Assembly: GCA_000999095.1 (NCBI GenBank)
Contig: LCFP01000012.1
Span: 4,140-68,139 of the forward strand
Reading direction: 5' to 3'
DNA length: 64,000 nt
DNA from: Candidatus Gottesmanbacteria bacterium GW2011_GWA2_43_14
Lineage (GTDB): Bacteria > Patescibacteriota > Microgenomatia > 2-02-FULL-39-11
The notes below the pieces were generated by a model that was not told the DNA's origin, made no database searches, and worked only from the letters and a program-made list of their open reading frames with translations. Both the position numbers and the translations under genes were made by a program. Below are positions 57,715 through 64,000 of the stretch, piece after piece (the first letter of the stretch is position 1; each line of letters opens with the position of its first letter).

Positions 57715-57770
57715 TGCTCTACCTCGGCCAAAGGCCGATCAGCCTTTGGCTGAAACTGAGCTACGCCCCG
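57715..57770 (-). other. Partial duplicate of tRNA-Pro nt 1-25, with a 30-nt palindromic hairpin inserted in the D-loop
   Basis: The reverse complement reads CGGGGCGTAGCTCAGTT[tcagccaaaggctgatcggcctttggccgag]GTAGAGCA, matching the tRNA 5' half. The GIY-YIG start codon follows 10 nt later. Confidence 0.7.
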
Positions 57771-57863
57771 TTCCGATTAATCCCTTGTATTTTACCATAC
57801 GTTATGCCAGAATGGTTTTGATTTTCTGCCCCCTATAAACTTTTTAACGGAAGGAGACTCTCA

Positions 57864-58898
57864 ATGAGCGTCAACCAGAAACTTCAGGCTATCCGGGTGG
57901 CTATGGATCAGATCGAAAAGCAGTACGGACGCGGCTCCATTATGCGTTTGGGCGACCAGTCGGCCGATAAATTCGCCATGGAAGTCATCCCCACGGGTTC
58001 ACTGGCTTTGGATATCGCTTTGGGAGTCGGCGGCGTGCCCCGCGGCCGCATTATTGAGATTTTCGGCCCGGAGGCATCAGGCAAAACTACCGTTACCCTT
58101 TCAATTATCGCAGAGACACAAAAAATGGGAGGAGTGGCAGCTTTTATTGACGCCGAGCATGCTTTGGATCCTATTTGGGCGGAGAAATTGGGTGTCAAAC
58201 TCGATGACCTTCTGGTTTCCCAGCCGGACACAGGCGAGCAAGCCCTGGAAATCGCCGAAACTTTGATCAGGTCCGGCGGAATCGATCTGGTTGTCATAGA
58301 TTCGGTGGCAGCCCTTGTGCCGAGAGCTGAAATCGAGGGCGAGATGGGCGATTCCATGGTCGGTGTCCAGGCCCGGCTTATGTCACAGGCTTTACGCAAA
58401 CTGACAGGGGCTATTTCCAAATCCAAGACTGTGACCATTTTTACCAACCAGCTGAGGCAAAAAATCGGCATAATGTTCGGCAATCCGGAAACAACTCCCG
58501 GAGGCTTGGCCCTTAAGTTTTATGCCACCATGAGAATGGATACAAGGAAAATTGAGACCCTCAAAGCCCAGGATAAAGTAATCGGCTCCCGTCACCGGGT
58601 CAGAATTGTTAAAAATAAAGTAGCCGCGCCTTTCCGCATTGCAGAATTTGATATTCTGGAAAATGGCATCTCCAAAGAAGGAGCGATTATAGATATCGGA
58701 CTGGAATTCGGCATTCTGACCAAGTCAGGCGTTTTCATAAAATACCAGGACAAAGTACTCGGGCAGGGACGGGAAGCTGTCAGGATATATCTGTCCGAAA
58801 ACCCGAAAGTAGCCAAAGAAATAATGGACGGTATCTGGAAAGCGCATAAAAGCGGTCAGCAAAAAGAAAAGATAGTCGGCAAAGAAGAAACCAAATAA
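57864..58898 (+). CDS. recA: Recombinase RecA
   Basis: Walker [10 protein letters not shown], with L1/L2 loops. No intein. Confidence 0.95.
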   Translation: MSVNQKLQAIRVAMDQIEKQYGRGSIMRLGDQSADKFAMEVIPTGSLALDIALGVGGVPRGRIIEIFGPEASGKTTVTLSIIAETQKMGGVAAFIDAEHALDPIWAEKLGVKLDDLLVSQPDTGEQALEIAETLIRSGGIDLVVIDSVAALVPRAEIEGEMGDSMVGVQARLMSQALRKLTGAISKSKTVTIFTNQLRQKIGIMFGNPETTPGGLALKFYATMRMDTRKIETLKAQDKVIGSRHRVRIVKNKVAAPFRIAEFDILENGISKEGAIIDIGLEFGILTKSGVFIKYQDKVLGQGREAVRIYLSENPKVAKEIMDGIWKAHKSGQQKEKIVGKEETK

Positions 58899-58902
58899 GA
58901 CC

Positions 58903-59379
58903 ATGGAGGACGAAGACTTCGGTAAAGTCAAGAATTACGCATTGAAATTGCTCTCTTTGCGGCCCCGGTCAGTCCGGGAGATGGAGAATAAACTATCCTC
59001 ATATCTTGCCAGAAAGAAATACCCCGCCGGATTTCTCGAAAAACTGATCGCAGAGCTTACGCGGCTCAATTTCCTCAATGATCTGGAATTTGCCCGCTGG
59101 TGGGCCGAACAAAGAGGAAGAGCCAACATCAAAGGCAAAACTTTCATCAAAAAAGAGCTGCAGTCCAAGGGAATTGACCGCGAGGTGATTGCCGAGGTTT
59201 TGTCAGCCCTGGGAACTGAGGACGAATACGAAAAAGCGCTTCAGCTGGCCGGTAAAAAATTCTCAAAATTAGCTTTAGACCGCCAGTCTGAACAAAAACT
59301 AGGCCGTTATCTGCAAAACAGAGGTTTTTCCTATGATGTTGTAAGAAAAGTGATTGACTCATTGAGCCAAAGAGGATAA
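58903..59379 (+). CDS. recX: RecA regulator RecX
   Basis: 158 aa with three-helix repeats. Directly downstream of recA. Confidence 0.7.
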   Translation: MEDEDFGKVKNYALKLLSLRPRSVREMENKLSSYLARKKYPAGFLEKLIAELTRLNFLNDLEFARWWAEQRGRANIKGKTFIKKELQSKGIDREVIAEVLSALGTEDEYEKALQLAGKKFSKLALDRQSEQKLGRYLQNRGFSYDVVRKVIDSLSQRG

Positions 59380-59558
59380 AATAGGACAACATTTTAGGGA
59401 TTTTGGGATTTTAAAAAGGTTATATATGTCATTCCATCCAAATTCAGCCGTTAACATATATTTAACCGCAGATTGCGGATTATTTTCCGCGGAATTCTTC
59501 AGATCTTAAAATCCCCTAAATAGCATTAATATTAGATGTCCTTAAAAGGAGGAAATTT

Positions 59559-61079
59559 ATGTTGTCAGTTCTAAAGACCATTCTGTCCAGGTTGGAAAAA
59601 ATTGAAAAACAGCTGGATACGGAAAAGGAAGCAATTCCAGTCCAGGTAACGCCCAAGGCAGCTCCTGTTGCCAAGCTTGATTTATCCCAGGTCAACCAGG
59701 AAGCCAAAGCCATCATTATCGAAGCCAGAGATGAGGCTTTCCGCATCAAAAGGGAAGCCGAGGATAAAGCCGGCAAGCTGCGCCAGGAAATCCTGTCAAT
59801 TGAGCAGCGGGTTTTAGGAAAGGAAGATGCAGTCGATAAAAAAATAAGCCAGATGGAAGCCGGAGAGAGGGAATTAAATAGGAAAGAGGCATCAATTGCC
59901 GGCAGTGTAGCCGAAGCCGATAAGTTGAGAACGGACCTGATCACTAAACTGGAAAGCGTGGCACACATGACCCGCGAAGAAGCCAAGAAGCTGATACTGA
60001 CGGCTGTCGAAGATAAATTAAAGGAAGAAATGGCCAAGAGGATCAGGGAAGCCGAATCAGAGGCCAAACAGGAAGCCGATACCAAAGTCAGGGAGATTCT
60101 GATCGATGCCATGCGTCACGGAGCAACTGATTACGTACCGGAATATACTGTTTCGGCACTGAAGATTACAGACGAGGATTTCAAAGGCAGGATTATCGGC
60201 AAGGAAGGCCGCAATATCCGGGCTTTCGAGATGGCCACCGGTGTTGATGTAGATCTGGATGAGGAAGGGGTCATCAGACTGTCTTCCTTTGATTCGGTGC
60301 GCCGGGAGATCGCCAGGGTCACTTTGGAGAAATTGCTCCGCGACGGCCGCATCCAGCCGGTCAGGATAGAGGAGCTGGTCAGGCAGACGAAGCAGGAAGT
60401 TGAGCGGGTGATGTTTAAAGAAGGGGAGAAATTATGCCACGCGGTAGGTGTTTACAATCTGCCGAGTGACAAAATTGCCCTTTTGGGACGGTTCAAATTC
60501 CGGTTTTCCTACGGTCAGAACATGATTGCCCATACCTTGGAAGAGACGAAAATCGGCATTGCCCTGGCCCACGAGCTCGGGGCTGATGTCAATATAGTCA
60601 GGCTGGGATGTCTTTTGCATGATATCGGTAAGGTGATAACCGACAAGGAAGGCAGCCATGTCCAGCTGGGAGTCGAGCTTTTGAAGAAAAACGGCATGCC
60701 CCAGGCGGTCATTGACTGCGTGGCGTCACACCACGAGGATATTCCTTTCCCGTCTTTGGAGGCGGTCATCGTTTACGTGGCTGATGCCATCTCCGGATCG
60801 CGTCCGGGAGCCCGTTACGAGAATATTGATGAATATGTCAAAAGGCTCTCGACCTTGGAGGAAGTGGCCACTTCTTTTCCCGGCATCGAGAAAGCCTATG
60901 CCCTTCAGGCGGGCCGCGAACTTCGGGTTATCGTTGACCCGGGCAAACTGGATGATGCCGCCATGACGGTGGTAACCAGGAAAATCAGGGATGAAATCGA
61001 GAAAAAGTTTCCGACTTTTCCCGGACAGATAAAGATCACTGCCATCAGGGAATTGCGGGTTGTGGAAACAGTACATTAG
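59559..61079 (+). CDS. rny: Ribonuclease Y
   Basis: Coiled coil, then a KH domain (GKEGRNIRAFE), then an HD domain (LHDIGK, HH). No obvious N-terminal TM helix. Confidence 0.85.
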   Translation: MLSVLKTILSRLEKIEKQLDTEKEAIPVQVTPKAAPVAKLDLSQVNQEAKAIIIEARDEAFRIKREAEDKAGKLRQEILSIEQRVLGKEDAVDKKISQMEAGERELNRKEASIAGSVAEADKLRTDLITKLESVAHMTREEAKKLILTAVEDKLKEEMAKRIREAESEAKQEADTKVREILIDAMRHGATDYVPEYTVSALKITDEDFKGRIIGKEGRNIRAFEMATGVDVDLDEEGVIRLSSFDSVRREIARVTLEKLLRDGRIQPVRIEELVRQTKQEVERVMFKEGEKLCHAVGVYNLPSDKIALLGRFKFRFSYGQNMIAHTLEETKIGIALAHELGADVNIVRLGCLLHDIGKVITDKEGSHVQLGVELLKKNGMPQAVIDCVASHHEDIPFPSLEAVIVYVADAISGSRPGARYENIDEYVKRLSTLEEVATSFPGIEKAYALQAGRELRVIVDPGKLDDAAMTVVTRKIRDEIEKKFPTFPGQIKITAIRELRVVETVH

Positions 61080-61243
61080 AGCTTTCTGACGCGATAAATC
61101 ATCTCCGTGTTCCAAATTGGGGCTTGACAACAACATAAAAAAATTCTACATTTGATTTTGGATTTTCACAGCAATCTGAAAAATTATTCGCCTGCCCCTG
61201 CGACTTTGCCGGTCGTGGAAAAAAAGGAGGTGAATATTGCTAA

Positions 61244-61516
61244 ATGACAAAAGCTGATTTGGTTGAGTTCGTTGCCAAGAAAGCCAATCTGACTGCTAAA
61301 GCCGCCAAAGATGCCGTCAATTCCGTCTTCAGTGCCGTCACCGATACTCTCAAGAAAGGTGACAAAGTTGTTGTGACAGGGTTCGGTACTTTTATGGTCC
61401 GCTCCAGAGCCGCCAGAAAAGGTAGAAATCCGCAGACAGGAGCACCCATTAATATTCCAGCCAGAAAAACTCCTGGTTTTACTGCCGGAAAAGCGCTTAA
61501 AAAGTCGATCAGATAA
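61244..61516 (+). CDS. hup: DNA-binding protein HU
   Basis: MTKADLVEFVA...GFGTF.VR.R.AR.GRNP.TG. Confidence 0.9.
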   Translation: MTKADLVEFVAKKANLTAKAAKDAVNSVFSAVTDTLKKGDKVVVTGFGTFMVRSRAARKGRNPQTGAPINIPARKTPGFTAGKALKKSIR

Positions 61517-61536
61517 AACTGGTCACCAAGAATTTT

Positions 61537-61586
61537 TATATAGAAGAACTCTCAGTATATGAGGAGGGTTCTTCTATATATTTTCC
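61537..61586 (+). terminator. Intrinsic terminator after hup (13-bp stem TATATAGAAGAAC/GTTCTTCTATATA, then a T-run)
   Basis: Perfect 13-bp inverted repeat with a 17-nt loop, followed by TTTT. Confidence 0.6.
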
Positions 61587-61631
61587 CCGGAAGACTATTT
61601 CCGAACCCTCTAGTGCTATACTATTACCTCA

Positions 61632-62624
61632 ATGAAGACCATTTATGTCTCCCATTTGAAAAAATATTACCGTATTTTCAAAAGGCGTGAGGGGCTTTTA
61701 TCGGCTTTCAAATCATTGGTTTCCAGGCCGCAGCATACAGTCAAAGCGGTCGATGATATTTCTTTCTCAATCGGTGAAGGTGAGCTGGTCGGTTTTATCG
61801 GGCCCAACGGTGCCGGAAAAACAACCACGCTCAAATGCCTCTCCGGCCTTTTATATCCGTCGGCAGGTGTAGTTGAAGTTCTGGGATTCAAGCCATTCAA
61901 AAGAAATAATAATTATTTAAAACAGATCAGCCTGGTCATGGGGCAGAAAAACCAGCTCTGGTGGGATTTGCCGGCCATGGAATCCCTGCGTCTGAACAAG
62001 GAAATTTACGATCTCACCGAAAGGCAGTTCAGGGAGAATCTGGAGGAACTGTCTCAGCTTCTGGAAGTCGGTGATATGGCAAAGGTGCCGGTCAGGCAGC
62101 TCTCTTTGGGCCAAAGAATGAAAATGGAACTGATTGCCGCCCTCATTCACCATCCCAAAGTCCTCTTTTTGGACGAGCCGACCATAGGATTGGATATCGT
62201 CATGCAGAAAAAAATGAGGGATTTTATTGCCGGTTACAACCGCAACCACAAGGCGACCATTATTCTGACCAGCCATTATATGGCCGATGTCAAAGAGCTG
62301 GCCAAACGGGTCATCATCATCGACCGGGGCAGACTTCTCTATGACGGCAACCTGACCGATTTGATAAAAAAATATGCCGACCACAAAGTCATCACCGCCC
62401 ATTTTGAAAAAGAGGTCAAGAGCGAGGATTTCAGGAAACTGGGCAAACTCAAGTCAGTCAACGGTAAATCAGTTAGTTTTACGGTTTCAAGGAACCGGGC
62501 CAAGGCGGTTGCGGTGGATCTCTTAAAAAATTACCGCATCCGCGATTTTGAGATCGAGGAACCGGAACTGGAAGACGTCATTTCCATTATCTTCCAATCC
62601 CATCCCGTATCACACCAGGTGTGA
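61632..62624 (+). CDS. ABC transporter ATP-binding protein
   Basis: Walker A GPNGAGKTT, signature LSLGQRMK, Walker B LFLDEPTIGLD. The stop codon lies inside repeat copy 3. Confidence 0.85.
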   Translation: MKTIYVSHLKKYYRIFKRREGLLSAFKSLVSRPQHTVKAVDDISFSIGEGELVGFIGPNGAGKTTTLKCLSGLLYPSAGVVEVLGFKPFKRNNNYLKQISLVMGQKNQLWWDLPAMESLRLNKEIYDLTERQFRENLEELSQLLEVGDMAKVPVRQLSLGQRMKMELIAALIHHPKVLFLDEPTIGLDIVMQKKMRDFIAGYNRNHKATIILTSHYMADVKELAKRVIIIDRGRLLYDGNLTDLIKKYADHKVITAHFEKEVKSEDFRKLGKLKSVNGKSVSFTVSRNRAKAVAVDLLKNYRIRDFEIEEPELEDVISIIFQSHPVSHQV

Positions 62625-62643
62625 TATAGCTAGACACATCCGG
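62594..62643 (-). repeat. Copy 3 (inverted orientation) of the roughly 50-nt palindromic repeat
   Basis: Its reverse complement, cccggatgtgtctagctatatcacacctggtgtgatacgggatgggattgg, matches copy 1 apart from a 6-nt indel. Confidence 0.85.
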
Positions 62644-62679
62644 GTTGAGAGATGGGAGAGGCAGATATATGAGGTAATC

Positions 62680-63474
62680 ATGAAAAAATACTGGTTTGTC
62701 ACCAAAAATTCCATGTCCGAATACCTGACTTACAGGCTCAATTTTGTCTTATGGCGGGTCAGGGTGGTTGTTTCGGTTTTGATCACATTCTTTTTGTGGC
62801 AGACTATTTTTTCCGGCAAGGAAGTAATTTTCAATTACAGTGAAAGCCAGATGATGACTTACATTATCCTGCTTTCATTCATCAGCGCCGTTGTCCTGTC
62901 CACCCAGACATTCCGGGTAGCGGAGGAAATTAACAGAGGGACGCTTTCCAATTTTCTCATCCGTCCGATCAGCTATTTCCGTTTCAACATCGCCCGGGAT
63001 CTGTCCGACAAGATGATCAATATTGCCTTTTCCCTGGTTGAGGTGCCCCTGATTATTCTCCTTTTCCGGCCAGCCTTTTTCTGGCAGACTGATCCGCTCA
63101 ACTGGCTGCTATTTGCGGCCGCGCTTTTCCTGTCATCCCTTTTATATTTCGAAATCAGCATGCTTTTGTCTTTCATCGGTTTCTGGTCCCGGGAAGTCTG
63201 GGCGCCCAGGTTTATCTTTTTTATCCTGATTGCCTTTTTGGCAGGCACGTATTTTCCCCTGGATATCGTGCCTCCCGCTGTTTACAGCATACTCAGAGTC
63301 CTGCCGTTTACTTATCTGGTTTTTTTCCCTTTGAGGATTTATCTGGGAGGATTGGATTCACAGGCTTTGGTTGTAGGGTTCGGCGTTACCATAGTCTGGC
63401 TGTTTATTCTGTTTTTCGTCATGCGCAGGGTCTGGCAAAACGGCTTAAAATATTACACGTCAGAAGGACAATGA
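62680..63474 (+). CDS. ABC-2 family transporter permease
   Basis: Six TM helices. Start taken at MKKYWFV, preceded by a GAGGT ribosome-binding site. The upstream part of track ORF 62548.. overlaps the repeat and the ATPase gene. Confidence 0.7.
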   Translation: MKKYWFVTKNSMSEYLTYRLNFVLWRVRVVVSVLITFFLWQTIFSGKEVIFNYSESQMMTYIILLSFISAVVLSTQTFRVAEEINRGTLSNFLIRPISYFRFNIARDLSDKMINIAFSLVEVPLIILLFRPAFFWQTDPLNWLLFAAALFLSSLLYFEISMLLSFIGFWSREVWAPRFIFFILIAFLAGTYFPLDIVPPAVYSILRVLPFTYLVFFPLRIYLGGLDSQALVVGFGVTIVWLFILFFVMRRVWQNGLKYYTSEGQ

Positions 63475-64000
63475 AAAAATACTTTAAAGTCTGGTGGCTG
63501 ATGACCAGCCAGTCGATCCAAATGTTTTTTGTTTCCCGTCTCGGGGCGCTTCTTTTCCTGTCGGGGAAAATCCTGCGTTTCATTTTTTTCTTCGGCTTTC
63601 TGCTTTTGCTGTTCAGCAAAACAGAGGCTCTGGCAGGATATGACCTGAATCAGGTTATTTTGTTTTATTTTACTTTCAGCCTCATCGATTCGGCGACCCA
63701 GATGCTGTTTAGGGAAGTCTACCGTTTCCGCCAATATATCGTCACCGGCAATTTCGATATGCTCCTGGTCAAACCGGTCAATCCGCTATTCCGCTCGCTT
63801 TTCGGCTGGACCGACATCCTTGACCTGATCACGCTCGGCCCCTTCATTCTAATGATTGTTTATGTCTTGACGAAAATTCCGGGCATCAATTTTGCTTCTG
63901 TGGCAATTTATATTGCTCTTCTTATAAACAGCATGATTCTGGCCACTTCATTCCATGTTATCGTTTTGGCACTGGCTGTTATGACGACGGAGATTGATCA
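63471..64000 (+). CDS. Second ABC-2 family permease (partial; runs off the window end)
   Basis: ATG at 63471 overlaps the previous stop (ATGA). MKKYFKVWWLMTSQ... is hydrophobic, and the frame stays open to nt 64000. Confidence 0.6.
   Translation, partial: MKKYFKVWWLMTSQSIQMFFVSRLGALLFLSGKILRFIFFFGFLLLLFSKTEALAGYDLNQVILFYFTFSLIDSATQMLFREVYRFRQYIVTGNFDMLLVKPVNPLFRSLFGWTDILDLITLGPFILMIVYVLTKIPGINFASVAIYIALLINSMILATSFHVIVLALAVMTTEID

Larger units (their letters stand above)
57371..57770 (-). mobile_element. Candidate mini insertion: GIY-YIG gene flanked by the complete tRNA-Pro and a duplicate of its 5' half
   Basis: 17-nt exact direct repeats (aactgagctacgccccg at 57427-57443 and 57754-57770) flank the GIY-YIG ORF. 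Confidence 0.4.

Noticed and set aside
5448-62643. The three palindromic repeat copies as a CRISPR array
   Set aside because: The copies are 5 kb and 52 kb apart, in both orientations, with no regular spacers and no cas genes.
1-64000. Alternative genetic code (UGA=Gly, as in Gracilibacteria/SR1)
   Set aside because: Many well-conserved genes (for example rpoB, the ABC ATPase, fusA fragments) end at TGA exactly where the homologues end. No conserved gene needs TGA read-through.

Overview
This is a 64-kb chromosomal segment that looks like Candidate Phyla Radiation (Patescibacteria). It uses the standard genetic code, since long ORFs end cleanly at TGA, TAA and TAG. GC content is about 45%, genes are tightly packed and often overlap, and ribosomal protein L30 is absent between rpsE and rplO.

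The gene content, 5' to 3':
- Left flank: a secreted/membrane protein trio (an Asn-rich protein running off the 5' end, a membrane-anchored protein, and a Staphylococcal nuclease (SNase)-Excalibur secreted nuclease).
- A tdh-kbl threonine/glycine operon preceded by what looks like a Thr-codon leader-peptide attenuator.
- A ytxG/ytxH-like pair (the ytxH-like gene is frameshifted), a RodZ-like gene, ftsK, and an ABC ATPase plus ABC-2 permease.
- thyA-folA, then a rhomboid protease followed by a small secreted protein with a GlyGly-CTERM-like tail.
- RNase J, a Lon-like AAA+ gene that lacks the Lon protease domain and N-terminal (LAN) domain, and a PLP-dependent Cys/Met-metabolism enzyme.
- The nusA-infB-(degenerate DHH-family gene)-rpsO-pnp operon on the minus strand.
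- rpoB-rpoC, the str operon (with fusA apparently disrupted by an internal deletion and frameshift), a minus-strand DUF4349-like gene between fusA and tuf, tuf, and the full S10/spc/alpha ribosomal-protein supercluster with secY, adk, an extra P-loop kinase, map, infA, rpmJ, rpoA, rplQ, rplM and rpsI.
- An accessory block between rpsI and recA: a methyltransferase, Fic, a RimK-like ATP-grasp ligase whose 3' end overlaps a convergent M14 deacylase/peptidase by 98 bp, an L,D-transpeptidase, and VapBC.
- tRNA-Pro(GGG), with a GIY-YIG nuclease gene wedged between the complete tRNA and a partial duplicate of its 5' half.
- recA-recX, RNase Y, HU, and a second ABC ATPase plus two ABC-2 permeases.

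A roughly 50-nt palindromic repeat occurs three times in intergenic regions. No CRISPR arrays or rRNA genes were seen.
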